64,000 bases of DNA from Octopus sinensis (Eukaryota): positions 131,254,001 through 131,318,000 of the forward strand of contig NC_042999.1 in assembly GCF_006345805.1 (NCBI RefSeq). Direction: 5' to 3'. Shown in pieces: positions 36,496 to 48,879 of the stretch. The translations under genes and the position numbers were made by a program. The notes below the pieces were generated by a model, which was given only the letters and a program-made list of their open reading frames with translations, ran no database searches and was not told the origin of the DNA. The stretch's first letter is position 1, and each line of letters begins with the position of its first letter.

Positions 36496-38445
36496 TATAT
36501 ATATACATACACACATACAGAAGTGGGGAGAAAGAAAAAGCATTAGCACTGACTATGAATTGATTGTACATCTTCAGTGATCCAAAATTTCACTTTGATG
36601 AACTAAAATTGTTCTGCCTAAGTCTATGTGTGTTTAGCTAATTTATAGGATCAGGTATGAACTTAAGCGTCCCAGCTTGTTATGTTTTCCTTGCAGAATG
36701 CTGAAGGTATTTTTCACAAGGTTTCTAAAATAGTTATTATTTGTCAGTGACATATAAAGTGATTGCTTCGTTAATTAGTCTGTCCCTGGTTGATTTTGTC
36801 CAACACATCATGATATCGACAACTGCTACGTGGTTAAACAAATAACTGTCTTTAGTTCAAAAGCAGCTAACAAGGTGAACAATTATTGAAACATCTAGAT
36901 GTCCGGCAAGTTAACTTGTGATAAATATTCTGTATTTAAGATTAATTCTTCCTGTTTGTTTAATTCCCACAGACATAAAGTTGTGATCGTGTTATGATTG
37001 ACACGTTGAATGATCAATAATAAATTGAAAGTTGGGACGATTTATATATATATAAATGTACAATATATGTGTCAATCAAGAAATAAAGAAATTACTGATA
37101 TATTTCGCATAAATTTAGAACATAACTTCTAATAACAGCAAAAGAAGGTTGGGTGCTAAGAACTATCCTATTAAATGTGAGCCTAAAAACATTGAGAATG
37201 GTCTCTGTGCAGAGCTCCTTGAGGTTTTTATAAGCTCGCAACAAAATTCGAGAATATTTCACAAGACGAAAATTAAACTTTTCTTTTTGTCCAACATCTA
37301 TAAAGAAGAGACGTCAAAGATGATTGGCTGGAAAAAATGTCAACAGGCGTTATAGCAGAGTTCAGGTTCATAGTAAAAGTTAATTCTGGTCAACATCACA
37401 AAATATATTAATATTATTCGTTAGCGGTTTTGACTTTCAAACTTAAGCATTTCCGGAATGTTATCTGTAAGAAAACCATACCACCCAGTATATGTTAATT
37501 CGTTAGGCGACTCATCAGTCTCAAATGGCTGGAGGGAGGCACATAATCTCTCCGGCCGTTTGAGTCTAACGAGTTGCCTATACAGCTAAGCGCTTTATAG
37601 GTGCAAAACCAATGGTCACTTTGCCATAACAATCAACCTTCTAAATGTGTGTGTGTGTAACTTACTTATAAAGAAGACATTTATTTTTCACTAATTTCAA
37701 ACATTATGTACAAGATCACATAAATAGATGAAATACGTGTCTGAATAAAATTTTGGATTACCTGCAAGCACAGCAGGTCTTAAATCCAAATTTCCTGTAG
37801 ACACTTCGTTACATACTGTAATTGATTAATGCAATTAGTTTAACACCTATCTCCTGTCCACCAAGCTAGCAAGTGAAAAAAAAAAAACTCTTTATAAGTA
37901 GATGTTACTTGGAACTGACTAGCATCCAATCCATGTGAAACTTAACTGTCATTTTATGACTGTGCCATAAATAGACATAAATGGCCCGTTATCTCCTCCA
38001 CAGGTATATATATTCTTAAATCCACCATTTCGTCAATCGCAGCAGCTTCCAAGCTTCACCACTAATTCAGTTCTCAACTAAATTGCAAACTGTAAATAGT
38101 TTTAAAGAGGACACCTCCTCAGCTAAACTCTGGCATAAATAGTTTGAGATTTGGTTCAGTAGAAAAAAGTTACATCAAAATATGTCAGACCTCAAGTGGG
38201 AAGTAAGATAGATATTCGTCTTCAATTAACATAAAATTTTTAATTTTAAATTAAAAGTATACTTTTCTTATCCTTAAATGATAGAAAAATGCATGATGAA
38301 TTCAGAATCGTTAGTCGCACTGAACAAAAATTAGTAGAAAAACAGTTACGAGGTAAAATGTTACGAAATTTAATGTCAGGAAGTAAGAAGTAACGCTTAA
38401 GCAATAAGAATAAAGAAAATATTTCTAAAATGAACGTTAATATTC

Positions 38446-38638
38446 TAAGGCGTCGAGCTGGCAGAAACGTTAGCACGCCGGGCGAAATGATTAGCCGAGG
38501 TTGACTTTGCCTTTTTGTCCTTTCGGGGTCGATTAAATAAGTACCAGTTACGCACTGGGTCGATATAATCGTCTTAATCCGTTTGTCTGCCCTTGTTTGT
38601 CCTCTCTGTGTTTAGCCCCTTGTGGGTAGTAAAGAAAT
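38446..38638 (+). mobile_element. Family D SINE
   Basis: taaggcgtcgagctggcagaaacgttagcacgccgggcgaaatg head; gactttgcc..cctttcggggtcgattaaataagtaccag core. Confidence 0.75.
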
Positions 38639-38666
38639 AGGTATTTCGTCTGTCTTTATATTTTGT

Positions 38667-39020
38667 ATTTAAATTCCGCCGAGGTCGACTTTGACGTACA
38701 GATTATTTAATTAATATTTTTTTTATTAAACAATTTCAAACTTCCGATACTGGTAGAATGTGCCACATAGAACAGTTAATTCTTAACGTTTTTGACAAAA
38801 TTTGGTATTTTAGAAGCGATATTTCATCGCTCTGAGTTCCAATTCCGCCGAGGTCGACTTTGCCTTTCATCCATTTCGGATCTATTCAATTAGACGTACA
38901 GATTATTTAATTAATTATTTTTAAACTAAACACTTTCAAACTTCCGATATTGGTAGAATGTGTCACATAGAACAGGGTTTACTCTTAACGTTTTTGACAA
39001 AATTTTGTATTTTAGAAGTT
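38667..39020. repeat. ~175-200-bp imperfect tandem duplication of a SINE head fused to a MITE fragment
   Basis: attccgccgaggtcgactttg and gacgtacagattatttaatt..ggtagaatgtg.cacatagaacag..tattttagaag each occur twice. Confidence 0.8.
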
Positions 39021-40347
39021 ATTTCGTCAGAAGTTACAGAGTAACAATGGACAAATTCGTGTTTAATTAGTGCCAATACACGAAACTCTCTGCTTTTGAC
39101 TTACTCTCTAACTTCTACCGATGATATATATGCATATTATATTACATATATGTTTTAAAAAATCTCATCACGCAATCGAACCAATGAAAGAGCCTGGTCG
39201 CTCGACATGCTAAAAATAGCAGCCAAAGTATCCCCCTACCTAAATTACACGCCCATGGTATGTAATGTCCTAGATTATCCCTAAAAAGACGGTTTGCTGA
39301 AGGCTGGAATGTCTTTGGTGATAGGTTTACAGTATTAGGGTTGATTTGAGGCTAAATAACAATATTGTGGTTAATTTTAATATTAACATCCGCACGATTT
39401 TCACTAAGAAAAAAAAACTGATTTTTTTGCATGGAATCAAGTACCCCGACCTCCTAATATGCTGAAAATCCCTTATTTTGTTCGGAAAAAATGAGGTGAG
39501 GGTCATCTCCCCCCCCCCAAATCCCGGAATCATTGGAAATTTTTTTTTCCATTGAAAAATATTAGGTTACTTACGGTGAGCCTGGTAACTGATGGTTTTG
39601 GGGTCTTGTTGTTTGTAACTTTTGGTGAGCCATGGTGGAACCAACATCGTAAAAATCACTGCCATAATTTGGTGTGGATGGGTAACATCAATAAGTACTG
39701 AGCTTTTAAAAAATAAAGGTTTGGCAAAAAGAGACTTATTGGTCTCTTTTTGCCAAACCTTTAGATTACAAGACATAAACAAACTAACATCGGTTAGTGA
39801 TGGGGACAAACACACGCACAAGCTCACATCTATATATATTACCTGTACACGTACGCAAACACACACACACACACACACACACATGTTGGACTTCTTTCAG
39901 TTTCCGTCTATCTTATCCACTCACAAGGCTTTAGTCGGCCAGCGGCTATCGTAAAACGTTACCCAAGACGCCACGTAGTGGGACTGAAGCTAGAAACATG
40001 TGATTGGGATTCTTATCACAAAAGTTATTTATTTGTCTAATCCTTTGCCAATCTTGCTTCGTATTGATCTTACCACTCTTATAATGATTTCTGGTTAAGA
40101 AAATCGTTTTTAGCAAGAAGAGAAATTTCCTTGAAATTGTCTTATTTCTGTCATCTGTTAGAGTTGTTCCCCATCGAATTTAAGTATACTAAGCCTAAAA
40201 TTACATTGGTGGTGAGAAAAATCATTATTTAAATTACTAATCTGCAGAGAAGGCAATCCGAAAGTTTTGATTTATTAACATTAATCAATGGAATGCGTCT
40301 AATCTTAGGCACTGTGACTAGTCAGGCCTTACTTTGGTCTTATTCCA

Positions 40348-40568
40348 CCCTTTAGCATTCAGATTACTCTGTCAAATGTAATGCTTTTTTATTCACATTG
40401 TTTTGAATTAACCATGCATTATCTCATAGCTTCGAGATTTCGATGATATGATTCTTTATTTTTAGAACGACATTGATGTAAGGGAGGTGTGAGATGTTGG
40501 ATCAGACCCAGTTTGAACATAAAAGAGGCAGAATATTTCGACTGGATATGACCAGTTTAAAGGGTTAA
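40348..40568 (+). mobile_element. TTAA-type MITE (CCCTTT..AAAGGG ends; piggyBac/Kolobok-like)
   Basis: ccctttagcattcagattactctgtc..tttaaagggttaa; related copies 40735-40955 (-) and 61075-61270 (+). Confidence 0.65.
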
Positions 40569-40734
40569 ACCTCAACAGCAAAACATAGTCTAACCTTTAC
40601 TCCACATCTCAAGTAACTAGAAAAGTCTACAAGATTTTCATGCAGAAATACAAGATGGCTTTATATCTTAAAATAATGACCAAAAATTTTTTAAAAACCT
40701 GTTTTTGAGATTTTATTATTACCAGAATTAATCA

Positions 40735-40955
40735 TTAACTCTTTAGCATTTAAACCAGCCATATCCAGTCCTAATAGTTTGTTTTAGGTTCAAGTCAGCC
40801 AGATCTGGCCTCTCACACCTATCCCATGTTAACATTCTATAAACAATCACATTATCAAAATCTTGATTCTACAAGGTAATAAAGTTATTATTTCAAAACA
40901 ATGTGAGTAAATAAGCATTACATTTGACTGAATAATCTGAATGCTAAAAGGTTAA
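40735..40955 (-). mobile_element. TTAA-type MITE, inverted relative to the 40348 copy
   Basis: ttaa-ctctttagcatt ... aatgctaaaagg-ttaa; TTAA on both sides. Confidence 0.7.
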
Positions 40956-41252
40956 TATAAGGATTGCTCTCATTACTAAGGATGTAATTTTAAATATATA
41001 AAATTTCCCAACTGATTACTTCAAGTGTATTCTTGTGTAATTTTTCTCAGTTGGTCTTTGAAGTTGAATATTTCTTTAAAATAAATATTACTTTGATACA
41101 CAAATATATCACACTTATTCAGAGCATAAATATGCCATACAGTATGTACAATACTAAATGATATAGTACAAATATAAAGAGGAATATATTTAATATACAA
41201 GTCAATTATCAGCTTATGGAATGAATGTATTACATACATATAGCAATATATA

Positions 41253-43963
41253 CAGGAGCCAGTCTTGTGGCACTGGCATTGACCATACTCAAATAGTGCT
41301 TTTTACGGGCCACTGGTATGGGTGCCAGCCAGGCAGTACTAGCACCGGCCATGACAATGATTTCACTTGACTCAACAGGTCTTCTCAAGCACGGCATATT
41401 GCCCGACAATTGAATGGTACTCTTAAATGGGCCATTTATGCGACACTGGCATAGGCCATGGCTATTATCCCACTTGGCTTGCTGGGTCTTCTAAAGCACA
41501 GCATATCTCCAAAGGTCTTAGTTGCTTGTCATTGTCTCTGTGAGCCCCAATGTTCAACGGTCATGCTTCACCACCTCATCCCGGGTCTTCTTGGCTCTAC
41601 CTTTTCCACAGGTTAACCTCCACAGTTAGGGTGTGACACTTCTTCATACTGCTGTCCCCATCCATACGTGACACATAACCATACCAGTGCAGTCATCTCT
41701 CTTGCACACCACTTCTGATACTTCTTATGTCCAACTTTTCTCTCAGGGCACTTACACTCTGTCGTGTACGCACATTCACATTACACATCCAGCTGAGCAT
41801 ACTAGCTTCATTTCTTTCAAGCCTACACATGTCCTCAGTGGTCAGAGTCCATGCTTCACTGCCATGTGGCATGGCTGTTCACACACATGTGGCATGGCTG
41901 TTCACACTCTAAGCAAGAGGCCCTTTGTTACTATTTGATGTAGGAGCTCTCAGAACTTTGCTCAGGCTATGCTTATTCTAGCAGCTACGCTCTGAGAGCA
42001 TCCACCCCTGCTACTGACTTGGTCACCAAAGTAACAGAAGATATCAACTACTTCTAGTTTTTTCCCCTGGCATGTGATGGAATCTGTTTTCTGCACATTT
42101 TCAGTGTTTATTGCCCCTTTGCTTCTGCCAAACACAAAGCTATCTTCCCAGTTAACCTTCCTTTGATATTGTTTCATCTCTTATGTGTCCATAGCTTACA
42201 CCGGGTGCATCATAAGGAGTTTCTACCTATGCCTTTTCTACAGATCAAGCAGGGCCATCAGCCTGAAGGGATTTGTCTGCCTTCCAACCTACTAAGACTT
42301 TGGTTTTTGCTAGATTGATTCCAAGGCCCTTCAATTCTAAACCTTGCTTCCACACCTGAAACTTCTTCTCTGGTTCTGGTAGTGACTCAGCTATTAGAGC
42401 AAGGTCATCAGCATAGAGGAGCTCCCAGAGGCAGCCTGTCTTGAATTCCTCTGTTATTGCCTGGAGTACTATAATGAATAAGTGGGGGCTGAGGACTGAA
42501 TTTTGGTGAACCTCTATTCCTACCCAGAATTCTTCACTATACTAGTTGCCAACCCCTGCCTTACTGACAGCATCCTTGTACATGGCTTGTACAGCTCCTA
42601 CTAATCACTCATCTATCCCTAGTGTCTGTACTGACCACCAGATAAGGGATCAGGGGACCCTGTCAAAGGCTTTCTCTTTGTCAATGAAAGCTAGATACAG
42701 AGGTCTATCTGTGGCTAGGAATTTCTTCTGCAGCTGTCTTACCAGAAATATAAGATTAGTGGAGTTTCTCCCTGACACAAACCCAAATTGCATCTCTAAA
42801 CTAACCCTCTCCTTAATTTGTTGGGCTATGACCCTCTCCATGAATTTCATCACCTGATCCAACAATTTAATACCTCTGTAATTATTCCTATCTAATGCGT
42901 CACCTTTACCTTTGTAGCAGTTGACTATGGTGCTACTACACCAATCATTGGGTATGACTACTTCATGTATCACTTGGTTGACTATATGGATGATTAAGCT
43001 ATAGCCTACACTGCTAGATATTTTAAGCATCTCTGCAGTGATTCCTGATGGGCTGGATGGTGGGGGAGGTGCTTTCCCTGTCTTCATACCTTTAATTGCT
43101 TTATCTACCAAGGTACTGTCAATTCAGATAGCTTGTCTCTCTGTTGGGTTGACATTTGGCAGACTCTCTTTCTCCCATTCATTCTCTTCATTTATCAACC
43201 TTTCATAGTGGCATCTCTAAGTCTCTCTCTCTCTCCAGCATCATCCATTCAGACACATTTCTCTCCTATGACATCACAATTCTCTCTCACACACTGTCTT
43301 GCAATATGAAACACTTGAAGTCTTTGGTCCTCATGAGGCAGAACATTGGCAAATTTTTTCTATTCTGCTTCCCCTCAAACTTAGTAAGCCTGTCTCCTAG
43401 CTTCCCTTCTGGCGATCTGATACAGTTCCCTGCTACCACAGCACTTGTCCTTCCATGCCTGTTTCTTTTCCCTGTTCGCCCTGTCAACTACATTGTCCCA
43501 CCACCATGTTACCTTAGGTCGAGAGGAGACTTTGCACCATCTACATATCTGGTCAGTAGCCCTCCTTGAGTTGTCTTCCACATTATGTGATGCTATATCC
43601 TCCTCTTATTTGTCAAACGCTTCAAGTAATACGTCTCTAAATCTCTGTCCATTCGCTGGATCCATCTTTTCCATGCTGTGGTTGATGCCAGTACCATCTG
43701 ACTGGCATCCATGCTGGTAGCATGTAAAAAGCATCATATGAGCACGGTCAATGCCAGTGCCGCCTGACTGACTCCCTTGCCGGTGGTACGTAAAAAGCAC
43801 CCAATACACTCTCGGAGTGGTTGGTGTTAGGAAGGGCATTTAGCTGTAGAAACCTTGCTCTTCAGACTGGAACCTGGTGCAGGCTCTTGGCTTGCCAATC
43901 CTCAGTCAAACCATCCAACCCATGCCAGCTTGGAATGAGGACATTAAACGATGATGATGATGA
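41253..43963. mobile_element. RTE-clade LINE insertion with inverted 5' segment (41253-~43670, minus) and sense 3' end (~43670-43963, plus) with (GAT)n tail
   Basis: Minus-strand RT remnants VTWWWDNVV, KGKGDALDRNNYRGIKLL, QFGF, EKAFDRVP, LLYADDL, CYFGD; plus-strand 3' UTR and tail. Confidence 0.85.
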
Positions 43964-43972
43964 TATATAATA

Positions 43973-44019
<47 letters not shown>

Positions 44020-44299
44020 ACCCCCTTTAGTCATGAACGACCATGAGATTGCATTTAGAAAGTTCCCCTCCAAACCACGAGTCCAGACAATAATAATAAT
44101 AATAACAACAATAACAACAACAACAACAATCATTTAATGTCCATTTTCCATGCTGGCATGAGTTGAATGCTTTGACAGGAGTTGGTAAGCCAGAAGACTG
44201 CACCAAACTCTACTTTCTACTTTGGCCTCATTTCTACCCCGGATGCCCTTCCTAATGCCAACCACTTTATAGTGTAAATAATAATAATGATAATGATAA

Positions 44300-44860
44300 T
44301 AAGTACTAGGCAATGGCTCTCATATCTTCTGATCTTAACTGATTGGAAATGTTATCATGTACATTGTTTTGTCTTGGTATAAAAGATGGGCTACTACAAA
44401 TATTCTGCTCAATACCACAGATTTGCTTGTCAGTTGTTTGACCTTAACCAGCTGAGCATGTCTTTTAGTGGCTGACAATATGTACATCTCTGATCATGTG
44501 CAGAATTAGTAGGGGAGCATCATAGCCATGTGTTGAGAGGAATTCTTTGGGGTTTGAATAATTCACCTCTGGAAACATGGGTGTTTCGTTCAACATCCTT
44601 AAACAACTCTTATTCAGGGATGTTTTGAGTGGGATGGGCCACTCAGCCTGAAGAAAATTCTAACTGGGCCTCACCTGCTAGGTTATGCACTGTTTATTTT
44701 GAAATGAGATCACCATGCTGCGCACATATGGTTGTGATGCATGTGCCTGATGAACCCTTATCAGATGGGTAGTCATGATGGGTATACTGGCCTTTGTATA
44801 TTTTACCCAAGAAGAAGAAGAAGAACAACAACAACAGCAACAACAACAACAACAACAACA
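44300..44860. repeat. Dispersed repeat ending in (AAG)n(AAC)n; partial inverted copy at 50860-51000
   Basis: aatattctgctcaat..cagatttgcttgtcagttg.ttgaccttaacca reverse-matches 50930-50998. Confidence 0.5.
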
Positions 44861-45869
44861 AACCTGTTTGCTTGGAAAAATTGAGAGAAAATAAAAATAA
44901 ACAATATGTAAGAAAGTTTTATTGTATTTTACAAGTTAGTGAGGGTATAAGGGCAGAGTATGAAATACTATTTTTAAACTCTAAGATTTGGACAAAAACT
45001 GAACAGGAGTGAAAGATTATAGGTTGAGAATAATTCAGCTAATATTCATTTCTAACACTGACACAAAGCCATGCATTTTGAGGAAGGTATATTTGATCAA
45101 ATTAGCCCACCACATACACATACACTTTTATGTTATCAGCCCCAGGTGGATGAAAGGTAAAGTAACCTCAGTTGGTTTTGAACTCAGAACATAAAGTGCT
45201 ATGATTAAACACTGTTAATAAATCTGATAGTAATGTAGGAGCCACTAAAGAGTATGAGATTAAGCAGATTAGATGTAGAATCAAGAAAGCAATGACAAGG
45301 AATTTAGTTTTGCTTTGCACAGTTCTAAGTTCAATTCTAACTAGAATTGACTTCACTTTGCTCCAAGGCAGTAAACACAAGCAATATAATGATTTATTTC
45401 ATGGATTACACTTCTCTCTCATAAAAACTTGTCGGGTGCCAGTATGTGAAAAATCAATATTTGGACTGTTTTCTTACAATTTTTAATGGTTCACCACATT
45501 TTACAACTTCGTGTACATTCACTTTTTTTCTTGTTCATTTCATCTTCAAGTCAATCATTCTTCATCTTAGGAGTCTACATAAAAGAGAATAAAGTTTACT
45601 TTAGTATTTCTTTTAATTAAAATTATGACAGACCAACATATTTAGACACTTATATATCTTTATCTTTTATTTTTCAGTCATTAGACTGTGGCCATGCTGG
45701 GGCACTACCTTGAAGAATTTTCAGTCGAATGAATTGACACCAGTACTTTTTTTTTAAAGCCTAGTGCTTATTCTATCAGTCTCTTTTGCCAAACCCCTAA
45801 GTTACAAATATGCAAACACACCAAGCACTGATTGTCAAGTGAAGGTGGAGGACAAACACAGACACAAAG

Positions 45870-46892
45870 ACGGGTGACCAAGTTAGTAGCGGAGGTGGAT
45901 GCACAGAGAGTATCACCACTAGAATACGAATAGCCTGGGCAAAGTTCAGAAAGCTCCTACCCCTACTGGCGAAAAAGGGTCTCTCCCTCAGAGCGAAAGG
46001 TAGACTGTATGATGCATGTGTGCGAACTGCCATGCTTCACGGTAATGAAACATGGGCTATGACTGCAGAGGACATGTGTAGACATGAAAGAAATGAGGCT
46101 AGCATGATCCGCTGGATGTGTAATGTCAGTGTGCACGCACGACAGAGTGTAAGCATCCTGAGAGAAATGCTGGATATAAGAAGCATCAGATGTGGTGTGC
46201 AAGAGCGACGCTTGCGATGGTATGGTCATGTGCTGTGGATGGATGAGGAGAGATGTGTGAAGAAGTGCCACTCCCAAACAGTTGAAGGTATCAAGGGGAG
46301 AGGTAGACCCAGGAAGACATGGGATGAGGCAGTCAAGCATGACCTCAGAGCGTTGGGCCTCACTGAGGCAATGGCGAAGGACTGAGATCTCTGGAGATAT
46401 GCTGTGACTGCAAAGACCCGGGCTGCTTCCTGCATCAGTTCCGCATAGCCCCTGCCCATTCAAAGTACCCCGGATCCCAGATCGTCCCGCTGTGCTTGAG
46501 GAGACCTGTTGAGTCAAGTACACGAACACTCCGAACACCCCTCCCCACTGGTGCTCCCCTATATTTCTGCACCCCCTCCCCACATAAAAAGCACCATCCG
46601 AACGTGGCCGATGCCAGCACCGCCCCGACTGGCTTCTGTGCAGGTGGCACATAAAAAGCACCAACCGACTGTGGCCGATGCCAGACCCCTCTGGCACCTG
46701 TGCAGGTGACACGTAAAAAGCACCCACTACACTCGCGGAGTGGTTGGCGTTAGAAAGGGCATCCAGCTGTAGAAACACTGCCAGACCAGACTGGAGCCTG
46801 GGGCAGCCCCTGGCTCCCCAGACCCCGGTCGAAACCGTCCAACCCGTGCTAGCGCGGAAAACGGACGTTAAACGATGATGATGATGATGATG
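45870..46892 (+). mobile_element. 5'-truncated RTE LINE inserted into a family A SINE
   Basis: GDQVSSGGGC..RTAMLHGNETW..RRLRWYGHV..RGRPRKTW; 3' UTR repeats; (GAT)n tail; SINE halves on both sides with gacggg/gatggg junctions. Confidence 0.88.
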
Positions 46893-47060
46893 GGCTTCTT
46901 TCAGTTTTTGTTCACAAAATCCACTTGTAAGTCTTTTGTCAGTCCGGGGTTATAGAAGAAGACACTTAGCCAAGGTGGGACTGAACTTGGAAGCATGTGG
47001 TTGGGAAGCAAGCTCCTTGCGACACAGCCATGCCTGCACTTAGATATGAAGATATACATG

Positions 47061-48299
47061 CAGGGGTTGGACAAAATAATGGAAACACCTAGCCTCATAA
47101 TTTTGAAATATCTATAAAATCATCAAAAACTTGTTTATTTTTATGTTATTGGATTTATTATTAGTGTTGCTTAATATGTTTTGCTAAGATTGCTGTTTCT
47201 TTCCAGACATCATCAAAAAAGGTAATTAAAATTCATTAAAATGAGAAGATCCATCGGACTTTCAAAGAGGTCAAATTGTTGGTGCTCGTATGGCAGGGAC
47301 TAGTGTAATGAAAACAGCCAAAATGTTTGGTGTATCAAGAAGTACTGTCTTGAAAGTGATGACAGCCTTTAAGAAAGAGGGAAAAACCTCCTCATCAAAA
47401 TGAAACTCTGGAAGGAAACCAAAACTTTCAGATAGGGACCACTGAACTCTTACATGAATTGTTAGAAAGGATCACAAAAGTACAGCTCCCAAAATTACTG
47501 CAGAGCTTAATGACCATCTTAAGAACCCAGTTTTCACAAAAACTGTTTGCTGGGAGCTGCAATCAGAAAACCACTACTTTAAAAACAAATGTTGCAAAGC
47601 ATTTAGAGTGGAGTAAAAAATACCTACAGAATTGGTTCCTAGAGCAGTAGAAGAATGTTATTTTCTTGAACAAGTCATCCTTTACCTTATTTCCAACCAC
47701 CAGCTGAGTATACATGTGGAGACAGCCAAAAGAAGCATTTGACCAAGACTGCCTTCTTCCCACTGTTAAACACGGAGGAGGATCTGTGATGATCTAGGCG
47801 GTGGTCGTGGGGGGCTATATCTTGGAAATCTGCTGGCCCAAAAGTTTCCCTTCATGGCAGAATTAATAGTCAAGACTATTTAAGCATTTTATCTGATCAA
47901 ATTCATCCTATGGTTGCGGAACTGTTTCCAGAGAGAAATTCAATCTTTCAGGATGATAATGCATCAATTCACACAGCTAAAGTTGTTACTGAATGGCACG
48001 AGGAACATTCTAGTGAAGTTTGGCCACCACAGTCCCCAGATCTCAATATTACTGAACATTTATGGTGAATTTTAGAAAAACAAGTAAGGAGTCATTATCC
48101 TCCACCATCATCACTACAAAAACTGGAGACTGTTTTAACTGAAGAATGGACAAAATTCCTTTGGAAACAATTCAAACTTTGTATGAGTCCATATCTCGTA
48201 GAATTCAAGCTGTAGTTACTGCCAAAGGCGGTCCTACTCCATATTAAAATAAATTTGTTTGAAATTTTAAGGTGTTTCCATTATTTTGTCCAACCCCTG
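47061..48299 (+). mobile_element. Tc1-like transposon, decayed transposase
   Basis: Perfect 30-bp TIR caggggttggacaaaataatggaaacacct; DFQRGQIVGARMAG HTH, QDDNA and WPPQSPDLN remnants. Confidence 0.9.
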
Positions 48300-48561
48300 T
48301 ACATATATGATGGGCTTCTTTTAGTATCCATTGACCAAATCCTTTCACAAGGCTTTGATTGGCCTTGTAATAAGAGAAGAAGACACTTGTCCAGTATGCT
48401 ATGCTGCAAGACTGTACACAAAGCTGCACAGTTAGGAAATAAACTTCTTAATCATAGACCCAGGCCTGCACTTAGCTGTGACTAAAATATTTAAGCATAC
48501 ATAATGATCCACATATTAAACAATATAGCAGGGTACAATTAACTATTTGCTTCTCTTGTGT

Positions 48562-48879
48562 ATGTGGCTTAGTGGTCAGGGTATTCAGCTCACACTCTTA
48601 CGGTTCATGAGTTCAATTTCTGGTAATGCATTGTGCCCTTGAGCAAGACACTTTATTTCATGTTGCACCAGTCTCCTTAGCTGGTAAAAATGAGTAGTAC
48701 CTCTATTTCAAAGGGCAAGCCTTGTCACACTCTGTGTCACGCTGAATCTTTCTGAGAACTACATTAATGGTATGCATGTCTGTGGAGTGCTCAGCCCCAT
48801 GCACATTAATTTTACAAGCAGGCTGTTCTATTGATCAGATCAACTGGAACCCTTGTCATCATAAGTAACAGAGTGCCAG
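48562..48879 (+). mobile_element. Family B SINE
   Basis: Homologous to 12945-13236 (gtgcccttgagcaagacactttatttca). Confidence 0.8.

Noticed and set aside
45963-46778. 271-aa minus-strand ORF
   Set aside because: Antisense to the RTE 3' fragment
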